Assembly: GCA_043228905.1 (NCBI GenBank)
Contig: JBHGNT010000004.1
Span: 16,120,001 to 16,184,000, forward strand
Direction: 5' to 3'
From: Azolla caroliniana
Taxonomy: Eukaryota > Plantae > Polypodiophyta
DNA: 64,000 nucleotides
Below are positions 23,818-37,311 of the stretch, piece after piece. Under the pieces are notes generated by a model. The model was not told the DNA's origin, did not search any database, and saw nothing but the letters and a program-made list of their open reading frames with translations. The first letter of the stretch is position 1. Each line of letters opens with the position of its first letter. Both the position numbers and the translations under genes were made by a program.

Positions 23818-26800
23818 ATGGACGACTCATTGGGAGGCATGTTCAAGCTCACCGGCTCCAACTACTCGGTGTGGAAATCGAAAATGAAGGACATGCTCGT
23901 GGTTAAAGATCTTTGGTTGCCGGTTCAATTCGGGGACAAGAGACCGGACAAAATCGACGCCACAATATGGGAGGTGATGCACATGAAGACAACGACTTAC
24001 ATACGGTGCTCTATCGACATGAGCCTATACAACAACTTCAATGAAGAGAGCAAGGCTCATGAGCTCTGGGAGAAAATCGGCATTATGTTTCAAAACAGAA
24101 ATGTTGTTAACCAGGTTTCGGTATTCCGGAAGCTAGTAAGACTTCGGTACCAAGATGGCTCCAGCATGGCAGAGCACATGAATGCCTTCCAGGGGCTGAT
24201 ACACTAGGCAACATCATTGGAAATACCTCTCGCCGATGAGGTACTAGCGCTACTCCTGCTCGGTTCCCTCCCGGATAGCTGGGAGACGTTGGTTGTCACT
24301 TTGGGCAACGCCGGGCCGGAAGGGAAACGGTTATCCCTAGCAAGAGTGAAGTCGAGCTTGCTAGATGAGGAGGCGCGTCGGAAAGACAAGGATACGAGCT
24401 CCGACTCCAAAGCGCTCCTTACCGAATCGGAACGCGGAAGACAAAGGAACCGTAGCCCCCAGAACCGGGAAAAGTCGGGGACACGGTCAAAGTCAAGGGG
24501 GAGGCCTAGTTGCTTCTATTGTGGCAAGCCGGGACACTTCCAGAAGAACTGTCGGCATTTCCGTAAAGACAAGGAAACCGACGGCACCGATTCGAAGCGG
24601 ACACCGGACCGAAACAGTAAAGACCATAGGGGACCGGACTGGAAGGGAACGACGACAATCGCGGCAAGTGAAGAAGAGTTGATGCTCATCACCGAGGAGA
24701 GTGAGATAAACCTTGCCGGCGACGAGATGACCTGGGTGGTCGACTCCGAAGCGTCATTCCACCTTACCCTAGACCGGAAGTGCTTCTCATCCTACTTAGC
24801 CGGTGATCACGGCTGTGTCCGGATGGGAATGAAGGTACATGCCGAATTGTCGGCATAGGAGACGTGTGGCTGACAACACCAACCGGATGCAAACTGCTGC
24901 TGAAGGATGTCCGACACGTTCCGGAGGTTCGTCTGAACCTGATATCAGCCGGTCGGCTAGATGATGAAGGCTACACGGGTAGCATCCGGAACGGTGTTAT
25001 GAAGTTCAGCAAAGGGAGCCTGATTGTGGCTCAGGCCCGGAAGGTCAACACGTTGTACCTGATGAATGCCTGGTTATGCCCGGAAGAAGTGAACGTGGCA
25101 TCCGACACTGCCAGTGAGCTGTGGCACAAGAGACTGTGCCACATGAGCGAGAAGGGGATGAAGAGGCTTGCAGACGACAACCTCATTCCAATGAAGAACG
25201 TGCACTTGGAGAAGTGCACTGATTGTCTGGCCGGTAAACAAACCCGGACCTCCTTCCGATCGAGGCCACCGATGAGACGTAATGCACCACTGGAGTTGGT
25301 GCATATTGATGTATGTCAAGTGGATACGAAGTCACATGCCGAATCGCAGTACTTCGTGACGTTCATAGATGACCACAACCGGAAGCTGTGGACCACACCG
25401 TTGAAGACGAAGGATCAGGTGTTATCCGTCTTCAAAGAGCTCCACGCGAGAGTGGAAAGAGAAACCGGCCAGAAGCTGAAGGCGGTTTGAGCAGATAACG
25501 GAGGTGAATACCGGGGGCAGTTCGAGGAGTACTGTCGCTCGAAGGGAATCCAGCTCAAATTTACCGTGCCGAAGACGCCGGAACTAAACGGGCTGGCCAA
25601 GAGGATGAACCAGACCATAATGGAGAGGGTCTAGAGTATGCTGGCGCATGCAAAACTACCCAACAAGTTTTGGGTTGAGGCACTATCGACGGCGACATAT
25701 GTGATAAATAGATCACCCTCAGTACCCCTGGACCGGTAAGGAAGTGTCCTACCGGCATCTGAAGGTATTCGGGTGTCTCGCGTACATGCATGTAGCTAAG
25801 GACCGGAGAGGAAAGTTAGATCCAAATACCGAGCCATGCATATTCCTCGGTTACGACGACGATGAGTTCGGCTACCGAGTGTGGGACCTGGTCGACAAGA
25901 AGGTATTCCGAAGTCGAGATATTATCTTCATGAAGGACAAGACCCTCACTGACTGGGAGTCAGAGAAGAAGATAATGAACTCCGAGTCGACCGGTAAGGA
26001 TCGATTCTATGATGAACAGACCCAACTGGCAAGAGACCGGTTAGCACTCTGAACCAGCCGGTTACATTGAGGATACCAAACCGGCAAAACAAGAAGTAGA
26101 GGAAGCCGAAACCGAAACCGGACAAGACCCCGAATGGGATTCGGATGAAGAGCAAATGGAGGAGCCGGTTACCGAAGGCCAAAGACGGAGATATCCTCTC
26201 AGAGAGAGAAGAGCCCCCCAGAGATTTCCGGATGCAGAGCATGTGCTGCTAACCGATGAGGGGGAGCCAGAAAGCTTCGTAGAGGCGAAGGATGACACCC
26301 ACAACCGCAAATGGTTAAGTGCCATGCAGGATGAGGTGGATTCCTTGCATGAGAACCATACGTATGAATTGGTGGAGTTGCCGAAAGGAAAGCGGGCATT
26401 CCGAAATAAGTGGGTGTACAAGTTGAAACCGGGAGATGCCCGCAACCCCCCGAGATACAAAGCCAGGATCGTGGTGAAGGGGTTCCAGCAGAAGAAGGGT
26501 GTGGACTTCGACGAGATATTTGCCCCGGTAGTAAAGATGACCTCCATTCGGACAATGCTGAGTATATCGGCAAGCATGGACCTCGAGGTAGAGCAGTTGG
26601 ACGTGAAGACGACATTCGTTCACGGCGACCTCCTAATACTCCTTCTGTACGTGGACGACATGTTGATCGTCAGACGGGACCAAGCCAAAATACGGATGTT
26701 GAAGAAGGCTCTCAACCAGACCTTCTCAATGAAAGACTTGGGTCCGGCAAGACAGATGTTGGGGATGCATATCATCCGGAACCGGTCAATGCAGCAATTT

Positions 26801-27625
26801 TGGCTGTCACAGGAGAAGTACATGACAAAGGTGCTTCAGCGGTTCAACATGTCAGATGAGAAACCGGTCGGATCGACACTTTTGGCAAACTGCAGGTTAT
26901 CCGGTAAGCAAAGCCCGAAGACGAAAGCAAAGAAGGCCGAGATCATGAAGGTCCCATATGCGTCTGCCGTCGGGAGCTTGATTTACGCAATGGTGTGTAC
27001 CCGACCGGATATAGGCTACGCAGTCAGAGTGGTGAGCCGGTTTATGAGCAATCCCGGCAAGGAGCACTGGAACGTGGTCAAATGGATACTCCGTTACTTG
27101 AAGGGCACTTCGAATATGTGTCTCCGATTCGGCTCCGGTAAACCTCAACTTGACGGTTTTACCGATTCGGACATGTCGGCTGATGTGGATACTAGCCGGT
27201 CTACATCCGGGTATGTAATGACATATGAAGGGGGAGCTGTTTCGTGGCAATCTAGGCTGTAGAAGACGGTTGCGCTGTCAACCACAGAGGCGGAGTACAT
27301 GGCGGCTGTGGAAGCCGGCAAGGAAATATTATGGATGAAGGACTTCATCGGAGAGCTCGGTATCAAGCAAGATGAATATCGGCTCTACTGCGATAGTCAA
27401 AGTGCCATCCACCTTGCTAAGAATGCGGCCTACCATTCCCGGACGAAGCATATCCAGCGAAGGTCTCACTGGATCTAGGAAAGAGTAGATGACCAGCAGT
27501 TCGCACTGACGAAGATCCACACGGCCGAGAACGGGTCAGATATGTTGACCAAAGTACTGATACTCGACAAGCTGGATGCATGCCGGAAGCGGGTCGGACT
27601 AGTAAGACATCCCATGCCGGAGTGA
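23818..27625 (+). pseudogene. pol: gag-pol of copia G
   Basis: CFYCGKPGHFQKNC; WVVDS; LWHKRLCH; FIDD; KARIVVKGF; YVDDML; SWQS and TEAEY. Several stops and an RT deletion. Confidence 0.93.
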
Positions 27626-27635
27626 AGGGGGAGTT

Positions 27636-28439
27636 TGTTAGGAAATAGGTCCCTCCGGATGGGAAGTGAGAAGAACAGTACTGATGAGCAAACTCGGTCG
27701 AGGCCGAAACCGGATGAGGAGTACCCGGCTACGGAGAGCCGGATGGTGCAGACCCGGTGAGAACCGGATGACGAGTACCCGGCTACGGAGAGATGGATGG
27801 TGCAGACCCAATGAGAACCGGATGACGAGTACCCGGCTATGGAGAGACGGATGGTGCAGACCCGGTGAGAACCGGATGACGAGTACCTTGGCTACGGAGA
27901 GACGGATGGTGCAGACCCAGTGAGAACCGGATGACGAGTACCCGTCTACGGAGAGCCGGATGCCGCAGACCTAGTGAGAATCGGATGAAGAGACATATTT
28001 GTAAATATGTTTCTGAGAGTCCATCGTGGCTATATTTGTAAATAGCCGAAAAGTCATATTAGTATAAATATGACTTAGGGCAAACTTATGTATATAGTTG
28101 TTGTCATTCTTGTTGGCGCAAGATTAGAGCGCGCAACTGTGTACAGAGAGAGTGAGAGAGAGAGAAAGAGGTCGTTGCCTCTGATTGTAACCACCGCCTA
28201 TGGCGAAGATAGCAAGCTCGAGGTCGTGGCCTCGGTGCTTTCGTATTGTACATTCTGACATAGTGATAGTTTGCGGTCTGTGGGCTACTGTGGTTTTTTC
28301 CCGAGTTTGGGTTTTCCACGTAAACATCCTGTGTACTCTTGTCTCTATCGTGTTTGTGTTTCATTCCCTGTTTTCTGTGTTTTATTCTAGGCTCGGTTGT
28401 GGCCGAGTGTTGTTTAAACGGAGCGTGTAGTTCCTATCA
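27636..28439 (+). repeat. 3' LTR of G with five 54-bp tandem units
   Basis: Matches 23038-23787 and is longer by 54 bp. Confidence 0.93.
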
Positions 28440-28763
28440 AATGTAGCTTAGGAGTTGTTCGCCCACACAAGACGCGAAGCAGTACAGTAGTCTGCTCGCT
28501 GACTGTTCCCACACCGGGAAATCTCTCTGTGTCGATTCAGGTGCTGTGTCATTTGCTCCATCGACATAGCTCTAGTAACCGTGCCCGAGCAGGTGCTGGT
28601 GCATCTTGTAGGACCAAGATGCATAGTTGTTTCGGTTGAGCTTCTCCGTCGGAAGCGAGCTAGCCATGCCTCTGTCCATCGGTTTTTACCTGTTCTTCTT
28701 GGTCGGTTTTCTTTTCAAGTTATGTCGGCTGCAGATGTTCTGAACCCTCGCGCTCTAATACCA

Positions 28764-29151
28764 TGTAAAAGCTGTGCGGAAGCAATAGAAGACCGAACAT
28801 AGAAAGGAAGGTTTAATGGAGAGCTTAGAAAATACACAGTATGCGAGAGAGACAGAGAGAGAGAGAGCACACAGAAACTCAATTCAAAATAATACTCAAT
28901 CTGTACATCTTATGTGTTCAGTGAACACTTTTATACAAGTCCATACGGACTAGCAGAAGTATGGTGTACTTCAATGCTCACACAAGCGTCTGACACTAAC
29001 TATGAGACATTAACTACCTAGTAGTCTAGGTTGCTACTACGCTTCCGGTTACTGATGGATCCAGCTCACCGATCCGGCTCATCCTTCCGGATGCCGATCT
29101 GGCTTAGGCTTATTCAGCCAATCCGGATCCAATTGAGCTTGTGACTCAACA
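28764..29151 (-). repeat. 5' LTR of copia D1
   Basis: TG...CA; homologous to 32597-33008 and to the LTRs of J and H. Confidence 0.88.
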
Positions 29152-32100
29152 ACGTTGTACACTCACTTACGTCCGATCGGTTTACAGTGTTGAGGAGGGT
29201 CAACTAGGTCCCATATGTCGTTGGCATCAAGTGCCCGCATTTCTTCCTCCATAGCGACACGCCAATTTGCGTCCTTTTTCCGCTTCTGCATAGCTCTCCG
29301 ACTCATGCACTTCCACCACCTTGGTCATGTACCCATAGTGATGTGCCATGTACTCATTGTACCCGTACCACTTCATGGGGTTCTTCTGGCGGGAAGACCG
29401 GCGTAACTTATCGTTACCCGGTTTGAGGCCCTTCTTGGCCGGTTCGGTCTTCATTGCCGAAGATCTGCCTTCATCCTTTCCGGAGTCGGATTCGCTCAAA
29501 TCCGACTCAATGTTGCCGGTTTCGTATTCCGGCATCTTCTTCTTCCCCTTTTCCTTGCGTGTGAATCGTCTCCTTGGTTCCTTGCGCGGGGAGACCACGG
29601 TAGAGTCTCCACTACTTGCCGGTTTGTTATCCGACTGGTCCTCCCGGCTCAGCCGCTCATTCGGTCCACTTAGCCAGAATGAGATCGGATTCTCTTCTAG
29701 AGTGCCGAAGTCTTCATCTTCTACCTGGACCTGTTCAGGCTCACTAGCCTCATCCTCCGGTATCGGGTTGGGGTCGGAAGTCGGAGCCGGTAAGGCATAC
29801 CATGATATCGTCTCATCAAACTCAACATCCCGGCTAACTCGGACCTGCTTCGACCGGGGGTTATAACACTTATACCCCTTTCCCTCATGCGAGTAACTGA
29901 CCAGGATGCATTTCTCCGACTTTGCATCCAACTTCCTCCGTTTCTCATCCGGCACATGCACATATGCAATGCTACCGAATATTCAAAGGTGTCTCAGATT
30001 CGGCTTGCGCCCCAAATACAACTCATGCGTGGACACCTTTTCACCGATCCGGTTTTGGATATAGACGGTCGTCCGTACCGCCTCAGCCCAGTAGAAATGG
30101 GGCATGCTCTTCTCCTCCAGCATTGCCCTTGCCGCGTTGACAATCCACCGATTCTTCCTTTTGGCCACTCGGTTTTCCTCCGGTGTGTATCTACAGCTAA
30201 ACTCTCTCTGAATTCCTTTTTGCTAGAGATAACCGTTAAATTGGCTGGAAAAATATTCTTTTCCACCATCCAACCGCAGGCACTTGATCTTCCTCTCTGT
30301 TTCCCGTTCAACCAGGCTTTGCAGGTTCCGGAAACACTCGAAGACTTCACTCTTCCACTCAATGAGGTAGATCCATGTGTGCCGGCTATAGTCGTCAATG
30401 AAGGAGACGAAGTATCGACTCCCGCCAAGACTAACGTTTTGTGTTGGTCCCCATACATCCGAATGAATAAGGTCGAGCTTGTTACGGCTACGGTTTCGTT
30501 CGGTGGGGAATGCAAGCCGGTGTTGCTTCCCGAGTTGGCAGGCTTCACAAATTTCGGCCTTCCGGCCACTAAACTTCGGCAAACCGAAAACAACTTGTTT
30601 CGTTTGCAGGTCTTGAAGCCTCCGGTAATTGACGTGTATCTACAGCTAAACTCTCTCCGAATTCCTTTTTGCTGCAGATAACTGTTGAATTGGCCATAAA
30701 AATATTCTTTTCCACCATCCGATTGTAGGCACTTGATCTTCCTCTCTGTTTCCCGTTCAACCAGGCTTTGCAGGTTCCGGAAACACTCGAAGACTTCACT
30801 CATTCGCTCAATGAGGTAGATTCATGTGTGCCGACTATAGTCGCCAATAAAGGAGACGAAGTATCGACTCCCGCCAAGACTAACATTCTGTGCCGGTCCC
30901 CATACATCCGAATGAATAAGGTCGAGCTTGATACGGCTACGGTTTCGTTCGGTGGGGAATGGAAGCCGGTGTTACTTCCCGAGTTGGTAGGCTTCACAAT
31001 TATCAGCCTTCCGGCCACTAAACTTCGGCAAACCAAAAACAACTTGTTTCGTTTGCAGGTCTTGAAGCCTCCGGTAATTGACGTGACCAATCCGCTTGGG
31101 CCAGAGATCAATTTTTTGTCCTTTGGCGAACAAAGCGGTGCCGACATCATTGGTATCGAGGATAAACATTCTCCCGTCTCTACGCCCTTGTGCAGTGATT
31201 TAGCCCTCTTCCTCTATGAAGCACCCGAGGTGTGTAAACCGCACCTGCATCCCCTTGTCGACAATCTGTCCAACCAACACCAGGTTCTTCGTGATAGTCG
31301 GAACGTGTAATACGTTCATCAGCTTCCCCCTCTGTCCGACGTGGCTCAAAGGGACTTCTCAAACATGCACGATTAGGTGTGGAGTGTCCTGTCTGGTTTC
31401 GACAACTCCTGGTTGTTCCGGTTTCTCTAAGAAAGAGAACCACTCTTCGTTGCTTGTCATATGATTTGATGCACCAGAATCAATGTACCACACTTACTCC
31501 AATTTGGAAGTGGTCTTCTTCATCGAGTTAGCCTCGTGTTTCATCACCAAGGCTGGCCCTTTACCGGCTTTTCCGGTTTTGGATCCTCCTGATCCTTCTG
31601 CGTAGTGCAAGTATTGCCGGTTCTCTCTGCCAGCCTTGCCGGATCCGGATCTATCCGAATTAGCGCGCTTCTTCTAGCACTCGCTTTCTCTATGGCCCTT
31701 TTTACCACAGTGCCAACATTCTGTGTCGGCCTTTGCTTGCCGGCCTCCGGCGCCACCTTGACTCCCCCTGCTTGTGGAGGGTCCGGAACTGCTGTCGGCA
31801 CATTCTTTGTGCCTTCGGTTCTTCTCTCGCCTGCCGCTACAATTGCAAGCCGACCCGCCTAGTCCACCACACCCACGGGGCTGATCCGCCTCCATGTACA
31901 ACATCCGGCTATCGGTGGGTGCACTTTTTGACGCACCGGCGTGGTTCTCCTCTACAATGAGCATCGACTGTAAGTCAAAAAATTACGGCGTATTCTCCCT
32001 TGTACATACCGTCGTTCGGAACGCTCTGAACTTAGACGCTAGGCCCCCAAGACAGATCTGCACCATCTCATCTTCCTCCACGGTGGCATTGATAGAGGCA

Positions 32101-33008
32101 AGTCAGTCACAGATCTCTTTGATTAGGGCAGTGTAATCGACTACCGACATGTCCTTCTATCGGACATTGCTCAACTCCTGTCGGAGTTGTAGCTTTTGGG
32201 CTGTAATGCTTGCCACGAAAACCTTCTTCAGGTTTCCCCGAGATTCTTTTGGCATCTTGGCATCTCAAACATGGCTCAGCAGCTGGTCTCCGACACTGGA
32301 CGCAAAGCAGTACATCACTCTACTTGCCGCTTGTTCCCACACTGGGAAGTCCTTGTGTGCCACATCAGGTGTTGTGTCATTAGCTCCGTCGACATAGCTC
32401 CAGTAACCATGCCCAAGCAGATACTAGTGCATCTTGTATGACCAAGATGCGTAGTTGCCTCTGTTGAGCTTCTCCACCGGGAGCGAGCTAGCCATTCCTC
32501 TGTAGATTTTGTTTTTCCTGTTCTTTACGAAGGTTAGGTTTTCTTCTTGAGCTAAGATCGGCTGCAGAGGCTCTCAACCCTCGCGCTTTGATACCATGTA
32601 AAAACGAATAGCGTGCAGAAGCAGTAGAAAACCGAACACAAAAACCTAGGTTTAATGGAGAGCTTGACAATACACGGGAGAGATAGGGAAAGCGCAGAAC
32701 AAGATAAATATATTTCAAAACAATAATAGCTCTCTGTACATAAAACATGCTCAACAACACTATTTATACAAGTCCTAAGAGGACTAACAGAAGTACGGTG
32801 TACTTCAATGCTCATACAAGTGTCTGACACTAACTACGAGTCATTAACTCCATAGCAGTCTAGGCTACTACTAGGCTTTCGGTTACTGCTGGATCCGGCT
32901 AGCCGGTTCCCCAGCTCACTGGCTCACCGATCCGGCTCATCCTTCTAATGTCGATCCGGCTTAGGCTTAGTCAGCCGATCTGGATCCGTTTGAGCTTGCC
33001 GCTCAATA
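29152..33008 (-). mobile_element. Ty1/copia element D2 (LTR, gag, PR, INT, start of RT), same family as D1
   Basis: LTR 32597-33008 and PBS 32585-32596; CWHCGKKGHRESEC; FYWAEAV; AMEEEMRAL; interrupted by D1. Confidence 0.9.
32597..33008 (-). repeat. 5' LTR of copia D2
   Basis: Adjacent to the Met PBS; homologous to 28764-29151. Confidence 0.87.
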
Positions 33009-33864
33009 GGACTTAACGGAGCCATCGCCAATTTCAACCCGTCGGTGAACCGGGGCACTAGTTGCAGTAACCGGCCTAGTGGTAACGTGATTTGGCATTG
33101 CTGAAGTGCTTGCCATGTGGGCTTCTCTGGTTGTGCCTTTATGGTTAGTTCCTCCACTGCATTCATGTACTCTTTCATTTCGGTGGTATTGCGTTCGTTG
33201 TCTTTTTCAATCCATTCAATGGTCTGTTTTCGTATGGCCTCCTGTGCTTCCCACTCCGTCGTCTTTCCTTTTGATCTGGTGGTGACTTGATGTATATCCG
33301 CTACTTCTGCTACCACCATATTGACCGTCAGCCGTTTTTCGTTCCTTTTAACCGGACATTGGTTGCTGTAATGGCCCTCCTAGCGGCAATAGTCACAATA
33401 CGCCTTCTGGGTATTGCTAGATTCTTCTTTTATTTCAGTACCTTGTTGAAATCCGGTTACCGCTCAATTAGGTTCTTCTGTTCTTCTTTGTTTTGGTTGG
33501 GCGCCACTTATGCCTCTATCCGGCTCTCGTTGGTACTCCTTTGCCGGCTCCCAATGATCCTCTTTCTGAAAGTTCCATTTCTTAAGAAAACGTCTGTTCT
33601 TGTAACCCTACCGGTGCCGGTCTTCGTAGTTTTCTCGTTGGTCCTCCATCCTCTGGTTGTATGTTGGAGAGTAGTCGTGACCATACCGGTCACCGTTATA
33701 ATCTTGGTTCCTATCATACCGGTCCCAGTCATAAGCATCCCTTCTCCAGTCGTAATCCGGTGAGTAGTCCCATTCATATCGATCTCATTGTGGCCTTCCC
33801 TGCGTCGGTTGTCACGATCGAGCCCATAGTCATTGCGTCTTCTCTCATTGTACCGATCCCCATG
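33009..33864 (-). pseudogene. gag: gag fragment of a B-related Athila-like element (I)
   Basis: CDYCR*EGHYSNQC knuckle; QVTTR, WxAQxxIR and WQAL...LLQLVPRF shared with 6750-7090. Confidence 0.8.
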
Positions 33865-34000
33865 ACTTAGGATGACTTTATGGAATTGTAACGGTGCACT
33901 TTGGACACTGAATGTTTACGTGGAAAACCCTAATCGGGAAAAACCACGAGAGATCACAAACTCCAACTATTCGGCGTGTGACCCATGTGACAAACAATAA

Positions 34001-37000
34001 ACTTAGGATGACTTTATGGAATTGTAACGATGCACTGGCCGTCTAGAGGAGATTTTGAAGGTATCTGACATACTTTTTTTAGTAGAAACACATCAGAGCC
34101 CAAATTGAGAACTGCCCCAAGTTGATGATTTTTGTTTGGAATCTCCCTTTAGACAAACCTCACGTCGACATACTACTAGAGGGTCTAGAGGGGTTGCGAT
34201 ACTATTTTGGAGAGAGATACATAATAGGATAGATATACTAAAGAAAGACCCAGAAGCCCGTTTTATGTGGGTGAAAGTCCTCACTAGCAAGGATCAGGCG
34301 ATATTTATTGTCATGTGTTACTTTCCCCTCGAAAGGATCCTGGTATAATATGGCTAGAGAGGCGAGTATAGTTGATGGAAGGAACGCCGCATGGGCCTTC
34401 TCCATACGAACCTTTATTGGATGACATAATCCGATATTCTTCTGAAGGGGAAGTCTTCCTTGTAGGAGATTTCAATGTGAGAACCCAATCCCAACAATGC
34501 ACAATATTTCAGATGGATAAAAACCTCGAAATGGTGAATGTCAACCCTTTAGACTTAGAAATAACACATACATCAAAGGATTAAGGTGAGCATGCCACAA
34601 GCTTTGGCCATCATCTGCTCGAACTTGGAGGCCGACACGAGATGATCATATATAATGGCTTAGCCAAGTGGCCGGGCTCGGAAGTGCACACATGTTTCCC
34701 ACATGGAGGAGGGGAAAGCACAATTGATTACCTAATAGGATCCCTTGAAGCTATCCACATGGTTAACTCCTTCTAGGTGGTCCCATGCCCCATTGGTGCA
34801 GACCATAGCTTCCTATACTTTGAGCTAAAATGCGACACCTCCCACGCCACCAACTCTAGTCAACCAAACCATCCTACCATAATACTTTTCACACATGAGC
34901 TCGCTGACATCTACTCTCGACATGTTCAAGCCCGTCTCTCCTCTTTTGATTCTTCCTTGCCTTTAGAAAACCTCACTACAAAACTCGCACACACCCTTCA
35001 CTTGGATGAAATTAGTAGCTTCCCATACACGAAACACTCCAATCATAGTAGAATAGGGTCTATGCCATAGAACAAGTGGTATGATGAGGATTGTAGAGAG
35101 TTGTATAGACAACTTAAAGTGTCGCGACTTAGTGGTACTATTTCCTCAGTACAGGCTCGAAAAGAGATGCGCAAGATGACACGTTGTAAAAGACGACCTT
35201 GGGAAGCATCCCAATATTGGGAACTCTACCATATGCTCATGAGTAGGGACTGCACCCTTGCATGGAAGAAACTACGGGAACTGCGACCACAAACACCCAT
35301 CGAGGATCCCAATATTTGGCACACATATATCGAGAGACTCTTCCATGTCCCGAACCAACCACCCATCCCAATGCCTTCCACACCCCGACCTAACATGGGG
35401 ACACTTTTCACGACCTCTAAGGTCACGAAGGTCATAAAAAAATTACAACATAGGAAATCCATGGACCACATAGGATTGCGAGCTGAGCACATCATATATG
35501 CTCGAGAGTGCCTAACCCCCTTTCTCACTCTAATCTTCAACTACGCCCTTGCTGAGAGTTTTCCACCACAATGGACCATGAACACAGTGGCCCCTATACA
35601 TAAAGGAGGGGACTTGATGGACCCAAATACATATAGGACCATTATGATAGGCCATATGCTCGCTAAACTATATGGTGCGGTAATGGAAGAGGAGCTTAGC
35701 GATTATATGGAAACATTAAGTCTTCGAGCACCTGAGCAGGTTGGCTTTAGAAGAGCCTTCTCCACTATTGATCATATCTTCACACTTAGGTGCTTAATTG
35801 ACCAGACGAAGGCTTGTAAGAAGAAACTATATTGTTGTTTTGTGGACTTCCACAAAGCCTTTGACACAGTTTCTAGGGAGAAGTTGTTTGATAGACTTAA
35901 GATCTTGGAGATACCAAATGACATAATCTGGGCCATTTATGCCCTATATGAGCAAGCCTCTGGGTGCATAAGATGCCCAGGTGGCCTATCTGATTGTTTC
36001 ACTAGAACCATTGGTGTAAAACAGGGTTGCCCCCTATCACCGACTCTGGGTCTTCGAGCACCTAAGCAGGTTGGCTTTAGACGAGCCTTCTCCACTATTG
36101 ATCATATCTTCACACTTAGGTGCTTAATTGACTAGACGAAGGCTTGTAAGAAGAAACTATATTGTTGCTTTGTGGACTTCCACAAAGCCTTTGACACAGT
36201 TTCTAGGGAGAAGTTGTTTGATAGACTTAAGATCTTGGAGATACCAAATGACATGATCTGGGCCATTTATGCCCTATATGAGCAAGCCTCTGGGTGCATA
36301 AGATGCCCAGGTGGCCTATCTGATTGTTTCACTAGAACCATTGGTGTAAAACAGGGTTGCCCCCTATCATCGACTCTTTTTGGGATCTACATTGATGAGA
36401 TCACTGATTTTATTGCTCGTAAGGGAGGCAAGGGAGTAGCTATTGGGGATACGCAAGTTAGTCTCTTACTCTACGCAGACAACATTGTCTTTCTCTCGGA
36501 GTCAGAAGACGACCTACAAAAGCATCTTAATGCCCTAGATGACTTTTGTACACAACGAGGATTGGTCGTGAATCTAGCGAAAACTAAAGTCCTTATCTTT
36601 CATACATCGTCCCGAGTTAGGAGTAAATGTCACCTAATCCTCTCTCATAAACTAGTTGAGGTAGTTGGATCATATGTATACTTGGGAGTCACTTTTAGTG
36701 CTCTCTCAAGTAAATTCTCGATGACCCAGGCAGCCAAAGATAGGCTAACGAGAGGGTATGCATCCCTTTCACTCTTAGAGAGACAATGCCACCGGGCATA
36801 CTTTCAAGAGCCACGTACTAAGGGATGGCTCTTCGACTCATTAGTGACTCCTATGCATTAGTAGCATGGGCTCCAAGTCTACCATCTTTCATGTGGACGC
36901 AATTAGAGAAACATTTGGTGATGATGTTATCACGTCAACTCCGAAGCAAATCGATAGTACCACATGACATTATTAGAGAAGAGTTCAGTCTGCCCCTGAT

Positions 37001-37311
37001 GTTAGTAGAAGCATTGTTTCAAGTGGTAGTTTTTATTCATCGGATACATAGCCAACCACAAGATAGGATATCCCGTTGAGCCTTTGAGGCATCTCGATCC
37101 CTACATGCGTCTGGAGACACTAGCTCTTGGTATAGCACTATGGTCAGTTGGTTACTTGCAAATGGCATAGACATTAATAACATACACCCCCTTAAGTACA
37201 ACCATGGGACTGACCAAACCCTGATATCTCATGAAGACCGTAATAAAGTGATACGCCAAGAAATATGGCAAATTTACACTCCATATAAATGGATCACCCC
37301 ACGAGAGCCAC
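34001..37311 (+). mobile_element. LINE (APE endonuclease plus RT), non-L1, RTE/RTEX-like; decayed and cut at its 3' end by the Tcn1 insertion
   Basis: EN motifs LWNCN, LVGDFN, TIDY and ADH; RT motifs QVGFR, FVDFHKAFD, GVKQGCPLSP, LLYAD and YLGV. Confidence 0.9.

Larger units (their letters stand above)
23038..28439 (+). mobile_element. Full-length Ty1/copia element G (Tnt1/Tto1-like, Tork/TAR group)
   Basis: Perfect 5-bp TSD AATGT, two LTRs, PBS TGGTATCATAGC at 23791-23802, PPT GAAGGGGGAG near 27624-27633. Confidence 0.95.
21626..29151 (-). mobile_element. Ty1/copia element D1 (5' half), interrupted by G
   Basis: LTR 28764-29151 and Met PBS 28752-28763; gag EKLNRNNYASWSYKMHQ; PR WYVDS; INT HSDVWG and FIDDY. 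Confidence 0.88.
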
